A stretch of DNA of 35,247 nucleotides, from positions 1 through 35,247 of the forward strand of contig JAKAMF010000002.1 in NCBI GenBank assembly GCA_021813045.1, in the 5' to 3' direction. Numbering within the stretch: position 1 is the first letter of the stretch; every line of letters begins with the position of its first letter. This DNA is from a bacterium (lineage in GTDB: Bacteria > Omnitrophota > Gorgyraeia > Gygaellales > Profunditerraquicolaceae). The position numbers and the translations under genes were made by a program. The notes below the pieces were generated by a model. It searched no databases. It saw only the letters and a list, made by a program, of their open reading frames with translations, and had not been told where the DNA came from. Shown piece after piece: positions 1 through 8,417 of this stretch.

Positions 1-9
1 ATCATATAT

Positions 10-45
10 AAAAAGCCCTACGACTTCATCGCGAAATCGCAGGGC
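10..45 (-). terminator. Rho-independent terminator downstream of tRNA-Ser
   Basis: Minus-strand RNA pairs GCCCUGCGA with UCGUAGGGC (plus coordinates 37-45 and 15-23). That is 9 bp including one G.U that only pairs on the minus strand. It is followed by a U5 run (plus-strand A-run 10-14). Confidence 0.65.
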
Positions 46-54
46 CGTCCTAAC

Positions 55-144
55 TGGCGGAGGCGGAAGGATTCGAACCCTCGGTGGGCATACACCCACA
101 ACAGTTTTCAAGACTGCCGCTTTCAACCGCTCAGCCACGCCTCC
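55..144 (-). tRNA. tRNA-Ser (anticodon UGA), CCA encoded
   Basis: The reverse complement reads GGAGGCG-TG-GCTGAGCGGTTGAAAGC-G-GCAGT-CTTGAAA-ACTGT-long variable arm-GAGGG-TTCGAAT-CCTTC-CGCCTCC-G-CCA. It has a 7-bp acceptor stem, a canonical T-loop, and the long variable arm typical of class II tRNA. Confidence 0.93.
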
Positions 145-161
145 GAGCACCAAAATACAAT

Positions 162-851
162 TTAAAGAAAAAGCTGGGAAAATACGGAATTAATTATTCC
201 GGTAGCAACCCCGTAAAATTGGCTAGAAAAATCAATAAAAGAAAACTGTTTAAAAATAAGCCCGAGAAAAAATGAAAACATAAAAACATCACAAATATAA
301 ACCAGAGAATAACCGAAGATAAAATTACTCTTTAAGAAATCTTCCTTCTTCTGACGTAGCGTCTTTGCGCTGAAAATCAGATGTAAAATAAAGGTTAACC
401 CGAAAAGAAACATAAAATACTGAATCAACCTTGGTGAATCTGCCACACGATAAATTAAAAGATAGATTACTGCCAATACCAGCGTGTAAATCGGTACAAG
501 ATATGGAGCGGCCTTAACCAGGGGAGCAAAAAAACTAAATAACCACCCGACTATTTTATGGCCGGCATTATATATCCTTACCGGCTCCCAAAGCAAATGA
601 TAAATAATCAAAAAAGCAACTGCTCCCTGCCAAAAGCGGTTTTGCAGTATCTTATCAATTAGGGAAAACTGATTCAGGAAAGCAACTGTGGCAGAATAAA
701 CAAAAACCAGCAAACACAACCCAAGAATAAATTTTACTACGCCCAAAAACCAATCAAGGGCTTTCTCGGTCTTCGGGCCAAGTTTTAACCCGGGCCCTGG
801 TTTCGCCGGCTGGTCGTCTAATTTAAGGTCCTGGGATTCTTTCTTTGCCAT
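162..851 (-). CDS. Polytopic integral membrane protein of unknown function
   Basis: 229/230-aa ORF. The track start at 854 is TTG and the adjacent ATG is at 851. It has several long hydrophobic segments. Its start overlaps the serS 3' end. I recognise no family. Confidence 0.6.
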   Translation of the reverse strand: MAKKESQDLKLDDQPAKPGPGLKLGPKTEKALDWFLGVVKFILGLCLLVFVYSATVAFLNQFSLIDKILQNRFWQGAVAFLIIYHLLWEPVRIYNAGHKIVGWLFSFFAPLVKAAPYLVPIYTLVLAVIYLLIYRVADSPRLIQYFMFLFGLTFILHLIFSAKTLRQKKEDFLKSNFIFGYSLVYICDVFMFSFFLGLIFKQFSFIDFSSQFYGVATGIINSVFSQLFL

Positions 852-2094
852 CAAGATAAGGCCTTAAGGCCTCCGGAATAATAATCGAACCGTCTTTCTG
901 CTGGTAATTTTCCAGGATTGCCACGAATGTGCGCGCCAAGGCAATTCCCGAGCCGTTTAAAGTATGCACAAAATCTAATTTTTTATCTTTTCCGCGGTAT
1001 TTTATATTCGCGCGGCGGGCTTGAAAACTCCCGAAATTGCTGCAGCTGGAAACCTCCAGCCACTTATCAATTCCCGGGGCATAGGCCTCCAGGTCATAGC
1101 ACTTGGCCGCGGAAAAACTCAAATCTTGCGTTGCCAGCATAAGTACGCGATAACTTAAGCCCAATAATTGCAAAACCTCTTCGGCATCATGGACTAATTT
1201 TTCTAATTCATCATAAGATGTTTCCGGGCGGACAAATTTAACCATTTCCACTTTATCAAACTGATGCACGCGAATCAAACCCTTGGTATCTTTGCCATAA
1301 GATCCGGCTTCCCGGCGGAAACAAGCCGTATAGGCAGCATAATAAACCGGCAAGTCCTCGTCTTTTAATACTTCATCGCGGAAAATATTCGTTACCGGAA
1401 CTTCTGCCGTAGGAATTAAAAATAAATCATCATCTTTGAGCCGGTACATATCCTCTTCCAGTTTGGGCAATTGTCCGGTGCCGGTCATGGAGGCGCGATT
1501 CACTAAAAACGGCGGGAAAATTTCCGTGTAGCCGTGTTTTCTCGTGTGCAGGTCGAGCATAAAATTGATAAGCGCGCGTTCCAGCTTGGCGCCCCAACCT
1601 TTGTAAAGGATCCAATTTGATCCGGTGATCTTGGTGGCGCGGTTAAAATCAACAATATCCAGGTTCTGCGCCAGCTCAATATGAGTTAACGGCTTAAAAT
1701 CTAATTTTTTGCACTCGCCCCAGGAACGCACGACTTTATTCTGCGAAGCGTCTCCGATCGGCAAGGATTCATGCGGAATATTCGGAATAGTCAGGATGAT
1801 TTTATCGATCTGCGGATCCAATTCCTTGAGCTGGGCCTCCAGATCGTCAATATTTTGAGCGATTGCCTTCATTGAGGCAATCTTTGCCTGAGCGTCTTTT
1901 TTTTCTTTTAAGAGTGCCGAGATCTCATCATTGGCTTTATTTTTTTGCGCCCGCAGCTCTTCCAGCTCCAACAAAACTTTTTTGCGCTGGTCAATAATCC
2001 GCACAAAGCCGTCCAGATCAATTTTTAAATTGCGGTCAGCCAGTGCCTTTTTAACTAAATCAACGTTTTCCCGAATGAATTTTAGGTCTAACAT
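823..2094 (-). CDS. serS: Seryl-tRNA synthetase
   Basis: 423 aa with an N-terminal coiled-coil arm. Class II motifs are present: FRREAGS and [18 protein letters not shown]. Confidence 0.96.
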   Translation of the reverse strand: MLDLKFIRENVDLVKKALADRNLKIDLDGFVRIIDQRKKVLLELEELRAQKNKANDEISALLKEKKDAQAKIASMKAIAQNIDDLEAQLKELDPQIDKIILTIPNIPHESLPIGDASQNKVVRSWGECKKLDFKPLTHIELAQNLDIVDFNRATKITGSNWILYKGWGAKLERALINFMLDLHTRKHGYTEIFPPFLVNRASMTGTGQLPKLEEDMYRLKDDDLFLIPTAEVPVTNIFRDEVLKDEDLPVYYAAYTACFRREAGSYGKDTKGLIRVHQFDKVEMVKFVRPETSYDELEKLVHDAEEVLQLLGLSYRVLMLATQDLSFSAAKCYDLEAYAPGIDKWLEVSSCSNFGSFQARRANIKYRGKDKKLDFVHTLNGSGIALARTFVAILENYQQKDGSIIIPEALRPYLDGKERIPGP

Positions 2095-2096
2095 AT

Positions 2097-3557
2097 CTAC
2101 CCCTTAATTACTCCCACCGGACGGCTGCGGCATACTCGCTTGGCAATTCCCGCGCCGGCCACCACATCCACCACATCATTAACATCCTTATAGGCCTGGG
2201 GCGCCTCTTCAACAATCGTCCCCCGTCCTGATGCTTTTACCATTATACCCTTGGATTCCAATTCTTTCAATAGCATATCCGCGTTAATCGAACGCGTAGC
2301 AGCCATGCGCGATTTAACCCGGCCGGCCCCGTGACAGGCTGAGCCAAAGGTCTCTTCCTCGGCTTTTTTTGTGCCGGTTAATAAATAAGAATTCCTACCC
2401 ATGTCGCCGGGAATAATTACCGGCTGGCCGATTTTGCGGTAACGCTCGGCCACCTCCGGATGCCCCGGGCCAAAAGCGCGCGTGGCGCCTTTGCGGTGCA
2501 CGCAGAGAGTTTTTTCTTTACCGTCAACTATATGCTTTTCAATTTTAGCAATATTGTGGGCGACATCATAAATCAAAAACATGCCCATTTTCTGCCAGCT
2601 CATTTTCAAAACCCGCTCAAACGCCCGGCGCGCCAAATGCATCAGGCACTGCCGGTTGGCCCAGGCATAATTTGCCGCGCAGCGCATTGCCCCTAAATAA
2701 GCTTTGCCTTCCGGAGAATTAACCGGAGCGCTTGCCAGCTGGCGGTCCGGCACATTGATGTTATATTTAGACAAACAATGCACCATATCCCGGCTGTAAT
2801 CCTCGCAAATCTGATAACCCAACCCGCGCGAACCGGAATGAATCATCAAAGTAATCTGCCCGAGGAATAACCCTAAACTATCGCAGGCCTGACGGTCATA
2901 AAGCTGGTCGATTACCTGCACTTCCACGAAATGATTTCCTGAACCCAGCGTGCCGGATTGCGCCTTGCCCCGGAGATAAGCGCGTTCGGAAACCGCGTCC
3001 GGGTCAGCCCCGCTAATCGCGCCGTTTTCTTCTGTACATTCTAAATCATCCGCGCTGCCCAAGCCCTTTTCCACTGCCCATTTAGCGCCTTTGATTAAAA
3101 TATCTTTCCCTTCTCTGGCGCTTAATTTAATCTCGCCCTTTGAGCCCACACCGGAAGGGATATCGGAAAATAAGGCGCAGGTCAGGTCTTTAATCTTATC
3201 TTTAATATCCTCAAATTCTAAATTGGTCTTGAGCATGCGCACGCCGCAATTAATATCAAAACCTACTCCGCCCGGCGAAACTACGCCTCCGTTTTCCACA
3301 TCGGTTGCCGCTACTCCGCCGATAGGAAACCCATAGCCCCAATGAATATCCGGCATAGCCAAGGACGCCTTAACAATGCCCGGTAAAAATGCCACATTGG
3401 CTACCTGCTCGGCGGCTTTATCGTGGCGGATATCCTTGAGCAATTTTTCGTCGGCATAGATTATTCCGTCCACGCGCATTCCCGGCTTATACGATTTAGG
3501 GATCCGCCAACGATAATCATCAATTTTTTCGATCGGGCCCTGCCAAATCTCAGACAT
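2097..3557 (-). CDS. rtcB: RNA-splicing ligase RtcB (3'-phosphate/5'-hydroxyl RNA ligase), archaeal/eukaryal-like long form
   Basis: About 486 aa with GSGNHF, HRKGAT and HGAGR motifs. The ATG is at 3557 (the track start at 3560 is TTG). The ATG overlaps the last codons of the archease gene. Confidence 0.95.
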   Translation of the reverse strand: MSEIWQGPIEKIDDYRWRIPKSYKPGMRVDGIIYADEKLLKDIRHDKAAEQVANVAFLPGIVKASLAMPDIHWGYGFPIGGVAATDVENGGVVSPGGVGFDINCGVRMLKTNLEFEDIKDKIKDLTCALFSDIPSGVGSKGEIKLSAREGKDILIKGAKWAVEKGLGSADDLECTEENGAISGADPDAVSERAYLRGKAQSGTLGSGNHFVEVQVIDQLYDRQACDSLGLFLGQITLMIHSGSRGLGYQICEDYSRDMVHCLSKYNINVPDRQLASAPVNSPEGKAYLGAMRCAANYAWANRQCLMHLARRAFERVLKMSWQKMGMFLIYDVAHNIAKIEKHIVDGKEKTLCVHRKGATRAFGPGHPEVAERYRKIGQPVIIPGDMGRNSYLLTGTKKAEEETFGSACHGAGRVKSRMAATRSINADMLLKELESKGIMVKASGRGTIVEEAPQAYKDVNDVVDVVAGAGIAKRVCRSRPVGVIKG

Positions 3558-3963
3558 CAAAAATTACCTCCGCGATCCAGCCGCTCTCATCTTCTTCGAT
3601 TCTTAATTGATGATAAGTCGCCGCCTTAATCTCGGTTTTCATTTTATAATTCTTCGTATCCGCTCCGGAAACTGCCGCCTCCAGAGTAGTATTATTTAAT
3701 TTTTTAATTTTAAAATCGGAAAAAATCAACTGGCGGGTAGCAGACAAAGAAAGCAATTCATTTAGCCAGTTCACAAAAAGCTCAGGCAGGTCGGCACTGC
3801 TTAATTTTACGAGGATTGGTTTTTTCTTGGTAGCAGGTTTAGACTTACGACAGGCGATATCAAACATCGCCAAAGCAACCGCAGTAAACAATCCTTCCAG
3901 GCTCTTTGCCTTCACCCGGATGCCGATATCTGCGGTATGTTCGAGGAATTCGTAGGATTTCAA
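3550..3963 (-). CDS. Archease (RtcB activator)
   Basis: 137 aa with the N-terminal signature YEFLEHTADIGIRV. The only possible start is TTG at 3963, because an in-frame TAA lies 2 codons upstream. No obvious Shine-Dalgarno sequence. Confidence 0.88.
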   Translation of the reverse strand: MKSYEFLEHTADIGIRVKAKSLEGLFTAVALAMFDIACRKSKPATKKKPILVKLSSADLPELFVNWLNELLSLSATRQLIFSDFKIKKLNNTTLEAAVSGADTKNYKMKTEIKAATYHQLRIEEDESGWIAEVIFDV

Positions 3964-3979
3964 TGTGGTTTAATCAGGT

Positions 3980-4111
3980 TACCGCGTCAAAACGCTAAAA
4001 AATTCCTAAACGATAAAATAGGAATTTTTTAGCTGACGCGGTATAAATTCGCGCACGCCCCGCTTACCGCGGGGCTATAACTTATGTCGCGCAAAGCGCG
4101 ACATAAGTTAT
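3980..4111. repeat. Three-hairpin intergenic palindromic element, copy 1
   Basis: Hairpin A spans 3980-4043: outer 10 bp TACCGCGTCA/TGACGCGGTA and inner 15 bp GCTAAAAAATTCCTA/TAGGAATTTTTTAGC. Hairpin B spans 4057-4075: GCCCCGC-ttacc-GCGGGGC. Hairpin C spans 4077-4111: a perfect 16-bp stem ATAACTTATGTCGCGC-aaa-GCGCGACATAAGTTAT. The same architecture and much of the sequence recur inverted at 30074-30191. Confidence 0.85.
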
Positions 4112-4122
4112 GCGCTCATTTA

Positions 4123-4195
4123 TGAGCCGCCTTGGAATCGAACCAAGAACCTTGACCTTAAGAGGGTCCTGCTCCACCAATTGAGCTAGCGGCCC
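4123..4195 (-). tRNA. tRNA-Lys (anticodon CUU)
   Basis: The reverse complement reads GGGCCGC-TA-GCTC-AATTGGTG-GAGC-A-GGACC-CTCTTAA-GGTCA-AGGTT-CTTGG-TTCGATT-CCAAG-GCGGCTC-A. CCA is not encoded. Confidence 0.92.
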
Positions 4196-4254
4196 GGATT
4201 AACGAATAGTTGGAGTATTTTAGCAAAAATTACCTGTTTTCGCAACATAGATTG

Positions 4255-4327
4255 TGCGCCTGGCAGGAGTCGGACCTGCAACGCCTAGCTCCGAAGGCTA
4301 GCGCTCTATCCATTGAGCTACAGGCGC
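4255..4327 (-). tRNA. tRNA-Arg (anticodon UCG) with atypical T-loop
   Basis: The reverse complement reads GCGCCTG-TA-GCTC-AATGGATA-GAGC-G-CTAGC-CTTCGGA-GCTAG-GCGTT-GCAGG-TCCGACT-CCTGC-CAGGCGC-A. The cloverleaf is good, but the T-loop reads TCCGACT (C at position 55). Confidence 0.85.
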
Positions 4328-4340
4328 AAAAACAAAAATC

Positions 4341-5060
4341 TCAGACTATCTCTGCTTTATTGCCAAAGACTGCCCTAATCTTCTTTAGTTTGGCCGAAGT
4401 AAGCCCCAGGATACCCGGCTCTGTAGTAGCGCGTACCGGAGAATTAAGCTGAATCTTATCGGGATTGATCTGCGTAACCGCCTCTTTGAGCTTCTTGATT
4501 TCCCGAGGACTGTCATTGATGCCGCGGGCCAGCATTATTTCCAGCCAGATCAGGCCGCGAAAAGATTTTCGCAATTTTACCAGGCCATCAATAATCGTGG
4601 AAATTTTAATTCCTGCTAATGGCCGGTCGATTTTTTCAAAAGCAGCTTGCGTTGCTGCGTCTAACGAAGGGATAATCAAGTCCGCATTGGCTAACTCCTT
4701 ACGTACTAACGTGCTGACTAGATGAGCGGAGTTAGTAATCACGCAAACCTTGGTTTTAGTTAAATTTTTAATTTTTTTAATTAAAACGGATAATTTGGAA
4801 TTTAAGGTCGGTTCGCCAAAGCCGGAAAAAGTAATAAATTTAAGCTGCCGGGCCTGAACGGGATTATCTTTCAGCCAATCTTTAAGCTCGGTAATAATCT
4901 CGCTTTCTTTAACGTATTCTTTTCTTTGCCCGGTTTTTAAGGTAGTCCGGCCCAGTTGGCAATAGAGGCAATCAAAACTGCAGGCCTTGTAAGCAGTCAG
5001 GCTGATTCCTAAAGACAAACCCAGCCGGCGCGATTTAACCGGGCCATAAATATATCTCAT
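4341..5060 (-). CDS. Radical SAM protein (COG0731-like; substrate unknown)
   Basis: 239 aa. N-terminal YGPVKSRRLGLSLGISL is followed by the CSFDCLYCQ (CxxxCxxC) cluster motif. A GGAG Shine-Dalgarno sequence lies upstream. Confidence 0.85.
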   Translation of the reverse strand: MRYIYGPVKSRRLGLSLGISLTAYKACSFDCLYCQLGRTTLKTGQRKEYVKESEIITELKDWLKDNPVQARQLKFITFSGFGEPTLNSKLSVLIKKIKNLTKTKVCVITNSAHLVSTLVRKELANADLIIPSLDAATQAAFEKIDRPLAGIKISTIIDGLVKLRKSFRGLIWLEIMLARGINDSPREIKKLKEAVTQINPDKIQLNSPVRATTEPGILGLTSAKLKKIRAVFGNKAEIV

Positions 5061-5072
5061 TTTTGCTCCAAT

Positions 5073-5120
5073 TAAAAACCCCCGTCTTAGCCCTTACCTT
5101 TGGGCTGGCTAAAACGGGGG
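5073..5120 (-). terminator. Rho-independent terminator after the CBM48 gene
   Basis: Minus-strand RNA pairs CCCCCGU..UUAGCC with GGCUAA..ACGGGGG (plus 5079-5092 with 5107-5120). It is followed by UUUUUAAU (plus 5071-5078). Confidence 0.7.
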
Positions 5121-5139
5121 CCAAAAAATTGTTTAAACT

Positions 5140-5427
5140 TTACCTGACTTCAACCAGCGAATTCTGCGTGCCAAAAGCGTTGGAAACCGCTGCCCGGTGC
5201 GGATCATTGATCCAATTCCCGTCAACAAAAAACTTATATTCATATCTTCCGGGTTTTAAATTCATCTTGATCACCCAATTACCGTCTTTGTCTTTTTTGG
5301 CGGTGGTAGTCCGGGTGTTCCAATTGTTAAAACTTCCGGCTAAAGTTACTTTTCTCGCCTGTGGAGCATGCAGTCTGAATTCCATTGCCTTTGACTTGCT
5401 TGCGCTTGCACAACAAATTCTTGCCAT
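5140..5427 (-). CDS. Stand-alone CBM48 / early-set glycogen-binding domain protein
   Basis: 95 aa. The motif GSFNNWN...GRYEYKFFVDGNWINDP is typical of the AMPK-beta/isoamylase N-terminal carbohydrate-binding module. A strong AAGGAGG Shine-Dalgarno sequence is present. Confidence 0.8.
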   Translation of the reverse strand: MARICCASASKSKAMEFRLHAPQARKVTLAGSFNNWNTRTTTAKKDKDGNWVIKMNLKPGRYEYKFFVDGNWINDPHRAAVSNAFGTQNSLVEVR

Positions 5428-5462
5428 ATTTCTACCTCCTTTAAGGTCAAGTACCTTTTTTA

Positions 5463-5491
5463 AATCTACATGACAAAGCAGGGACTGTCAA
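5463..5491 (-). promoter_or_regulatory. Sigma-70-like promoter for the CBM48 gene
   Basis: On the minus strand: TTGACA (5486-5491), a 17-nt spacer, then TAGATT (5463-5468). Confidence 0.5.
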
Positions 5492-5497
5492 GAAAAA

Positions 5498-6301
5498 TTA
5501 TACCGCAACGATAGACAGCCCTTTTTTCTTCGCCAGATTTGTTGCTGCCGCCTGGTCTATAAAAAGCGTTTTGCCCGCTTCAAAAGCCAAACAAGCTGCC
5601 TTAGCCCGGATTAAATTCTTTACCGTATTTAGCCCGATTACCGGAATATCAAAACGCATATCCTGGTCAGGCTTAGCGGTTTTAACCAAAGTAAATCCGC
5701 CGCGGCTGATCGATCCCGCGCGCCTGATCAAATTATCTGTCCCTTCTAACGCCTCAACCGCGACAATCGCTTTATTTTTAATCGCTACGGTTTGCCCGAT
5801 ATCCAGCCCGCCGATCTGCTTGGCTAAGGCAAACCCGAAATCAATATCTTCCCGGATTCCCGCTGGCGGCTCCTGCGTCAAGGCGCCTTTTTTCGGCAGA
5901 TAGCCCTCGACAAAAGTAGTTGAATCTAAAAACTCAAAGCCTTCCTGATTGAATTTATTCACGATCGCCCCAAAGATCGTATCCGCGCGCTGGTCCTTAA
6001 TCCGGCTCAAAAGCTCTTTTAGCTGCGGGTCCCTTTGGATTTCTCCGCTGAATAAACGCACCGGGCTGATCTGACCGGCCATAACTATTTTTTTTACGCC
6101 TTCATTTTTAAAAATAGAAAATATCTTTGAGTATTCGCTTAAAGACAGCCAGTGGATTTTATCGACGAGATTATTTAACGCGCGGGAAGTATCGCCTTTA
6201 ACTGCCACGGCAATTACAGAATAGCCGTTTTTTCTGGCAGCTTGGGCAAAAATAAGCGGAAATTTTCTGTTTCCGGCGATCAAGCCGATTTTTTCCGGCA
6301 T
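5498..6301 (-). CDS. lpxI: UDP-2,3-diacylglucosamine pyrophosphatase LpxI (DUF1009 family)
   Basis: 267 aa with IGLIAGNRKFP at the N-terminus and an EGTDNLIRRAG motif. It sits directly downstream of lpxA, and its ATG shares 1 nt with the lpxA stop codon. Confidence 0.85.
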   Translation of the reverse strand: MPEKIGLIAGNRKFPLIFAQAARKNGYSVIAVAVKGDTSRALNNLVDKIHWLSLSEYSKIFSIFKNEGVKKIVMAGQISPVRLFSGEIQRDPQLKELLSRIKDQRADTIFGAIVNKFNQEGFEFLDSTTFVEGYLPKKGALTQEPPAGIREDIDFGFALAKQIGGLDIGQTVAIKNKAIVAVEALEGTDNLIRRAGSISRGGFTLVKTAKPDQDMRFDIPVIGLNTVKNLIRAKAACLAFEAGKTLFIDQAAATNLAKKKGLSIVAV

Positions 6302-7086
6302 TATTCCCTGCTTGAGCGGCTGAGGCCGCGCTCGGTAGTTTTACAGAAGTTAATCAGGTAAGCGGATTCCTGAGTCGGCGATGAAATTTCTTTTTCTATT
6401 GTTTCTAATGCATGCTTGACCGTCAGCCCGCTGTTGAATAAAATCTTAAAGGCTGCGTCCAATTGCTTGATCGAATCACGCGAGATCCCGCTGCGGCGCA
6501 AACCGATCAAATTTAAACCATAAACCTGTGCCGGATGCCCGTCGCAGGTTGAAAACGGCGGAATATCCTGCACAACCTTGGAACACCCTCCGATAATCGA
6601 AAGCTTGCCGACTTTAACAAATTGATGGATCGCCACCAATCCGCCGATTACTGCCTTATCCTCAATCGTCACATGGCCGGCAAAAGTGCCTCCGTTGGCG
6701 ATCACGCAGCCGTTGCCAATCAGGCAATCGTGCGCCACATGGGAATAGGCCATAAAAAGATTATTATTGCCGACAATAGTCTTAGAACCCTCTCCGGTCC
6801 CCGGATTAAAAGTACAAAATTCGCGGATAATATTGCCGCTGCCGATCTCTAAAAAGCTTTTTTCGCCTTTATACTTTAAATCCTGCGGAGCGCTACCGAT
6901 AACCGCTCCGGTAAAAATCTGGCAATCCGGGCCGATAGTCGTATAGCCTTCAATCAGGCAATTAGCGCCGATCTTCGCGGCCTTGCCGATCGAAACGTTA
7001 TCGCCGATAATCGTATGCGGGCCGATTACGCTATCTTCGCTGATCTTGGCTTTTTTAGAAATTATCGCGGTAGGATGAATATTCAT
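6301..7086 (-). CDS. lpxA: Acyl-ACP--UDP-N-acetylglucosamine O-acyltransferase
   Basis: 261 aa with left-handed beta-helix hexapeptide repeats. Its position in the lpx cluster supports the call. Confidence 0.93.
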   Translation of the reverse strand: MNIHPTAIISKKAKISEDSVIGPHTIIGDNVSIGKAAKIGANCLIEGYTTIGPDCQIFTGAVIGSAPQDLKYKGEKSFLEIGSGNIIREFCTFNPGTGEGSKTIVGNNNLFMAYSHVAHDCLIGNGCVIANGGTFAGHVTIEDKAVIGGLVAIHQFVKVGKLSIIGGCSKVVQDIPPFSTCDGHPAQVYGLNLIGLRRSGISRDSIKQLDAAFKILFNSGLTVKHALETIEKEISSPTQESAYLINFCKTTERGLSRSSRE

Positions 7087-7087
7087 T

Positions 7088-8413
7088 TTAAGCCTCGTTT
7101 GCCTCGGCTAAAGCGAACATGAAATCCGCTTCAACCACGACTTTACCGTCTACATAAGCCTTGCCGGAAACCTGGCCGGTCTTGGACTTGATTTTCCCGG
7201 CAACCACCTCAAAAGTTAACTGGTCACCCGGCACAACGGTCTTACGGAATTTTACATTATTGATCGCCATAAAAAACGCCAGCTTACCGCGGTTTTCATC
7301 CGGCGAAAGCATCATGATCCCGCCGACCTGCGCCATGGCCTCTAACATCAATACGCCCGGCATTACCGGCCGCTGCGGAAAATGGCCTTTAAAAAAATAA
7401 TCATTAATCGTTACGTTCTTGATCCCTACGGCGCGCTTGCCCGGTTCGAGATCCAAAATCCTGTCCACAAATAAAAACGGATCGCGGTGCGGCAGTATCT
7501 TCATGATTTCAACCGCCTCAAGCTTCCGCCCCATTATCGGCTGATAAGCAATTGCGATCCCGCCGGACATTGTCTTTTGTTTCTGCTGGATGATTTTCTT
7601 AACCAGCTTCAAATTTAAAGCGTGGCCGCTTCTCAAAGCGATAATGTGTCCTTTAATCGGCTGGCCCAAAAGATTAAGGTCGCCCAATAAATCCAGCATT
7701 TTATGCCGGATGCACTCATCATCAAAACGCAGTTTATTTTTAACTACGCCGCTTTTGCCAAAAACCAGGGTATTCTCATAATTAGCGCCTAATCCCACTC
7801 CCTGCTGCTGCAGATCCTGGGCTTCTTCTTCTAAACAAAAAGTGCGCGCGGCGGCAATCTCAGATTCAAACGATGTTCCGTCGACGATTAAGCTCTTGAA
7901 TTGCGATTTAAGAAAGACGTGCTCATAATTAAGCGTGTAAGAAACTTTAAATCCGTCAAAAGGCAGAGCAACCAAACTAGCGTTCTCTTCTTCGACATAG
8001 ATCGGTTCCCGGATCACAAAATAATTACGCGGGCTGTCTAACTCTTTGATCCCGGCGCTCTTTAGGGCCCGAATAAAATCCAGCCCGCTGCCGTCCATGC
8101 CGGGTACTTCATTATTATTTATTTCAATGACTAAGTTATCGATACCCAAGCCAAAAAGCGCGGACATCAAATGCTCAATTGTGTGGATCTCCGCCGGAGA
8201 TTTACCGATCGAGGTCCGGCGCGGGCTTTTTAGCTGCACAGAAACATTTTCCGCTGACGCCTTAATCTGCGGAGCACCCGGCAAATCAACCCGGATAAAA
8301 TTAATCCCTGTGTCTGCCGCCGCCGGCTTAAAAACAAGCTTAGCCTTATTCCCGGTATGCAGGCCGATGCCTTCCAGGCTGACTTCTTTTATGATTGTTT
8401 TCTGGTTGTCCAT
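7088..8413 (-). CDS. lpxC/fabZ: Bifunctional UDP-3-O-acyl-GlcNAc deacetylase / 3-hydroxyacyl-ACP dehydratase (LpxC-FabZ fusion)
   Basis: 441 aa. The N-terminal half carries LpxC motifs (GIGLHTGNKAKL, HTIEHLMSAL). The C-terminal half carries FabZ motifs (LPHRDPFLFVDRI, GHFPQRPVMPGVLMLEAMAQ). Confidence 0.95.
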   Translation of the reverse strand: MDNQKTIIKEVSLEGIGLHTGNKAKLVFKPAAADTGINFIRVDLPGAPQIKASAENVSVQLKSPRRTSIGKSPAEIHTIEHLMSALFGLGIDNLVIEINNNEVPGMDGSGLDFIRALKSAGIKELDSPRNYFVIREPIYVEEENASLVALPFDGFKVSYTLNYEHVFLKSQFKSLIVDGTSFESEIAAARTFCLEEEAQDLQQQGVGLGANYENTLVFGKSGVVKNKLRFDDECIRHKMLDLLGDLNLLGQPIKGHIIALRSGHALNLKLVKKIIQQKQKTMSGGIAIAYQPIMGRKLEAVEIMKILPHRDPFLFVDRILDLEPGKRAVGIKNVTINDYFFKGHFPQRPVMPGVLMLEAMAQVGGIMMLSPDENRGKLAFFMAINNVKFRKTVVPGDQLTFEVVAGKIKSKTGQVSGKAYVDGKVVVEADFMFALAEANEA

Positions 8414-8417
8414 TTTA

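Noticed and set aside
84-275. 63-aa plus-strand ORF at the window start
   Set aside because: It overlaps tRNA-Ser in antisense and the 3' end of the membrane protein gene, and it lacks translation signals.
854-854. ORF-track start codons at 854, 3560, 12361 and 27087
   Set aside because: The first three are TTG codons translated as M by the track, each with an ATG 1-7 codons downstream: 851, 3557 and 12340 (the last begins a signal peptide). For the ferritin-like gene, the ATG at 27060 has a GGAGGT Shine-Dalgarno sequence that the upstream ATG lacks. I used the downstream starts.
3964-4122. Small ORF or sRNA promoter inside the tRNA-Lys/archease spacer
   Set aside because: The only ATG-initiated frame on the minus strand is 3 codons long (MSA-stop). 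I found no -35/-10 pair with acceptable spacing. The region is fully accounted for by the three hairpins.
4210-4452. 80-aa plus-strand ORF
   Set aside because: It runs antisense through tRNA-Arg and into the radical SAM gene. The tRNA call explains the sequence conservation.
5063-5473. 136-aa plus-strand ORF
   Set aside because: It lies antisense to the well-supported CBM48 gene and runs through that gene's terminator and promoter. It has no Shine-Dalgarno sequence and a low-complexity, hydrophobic translation.
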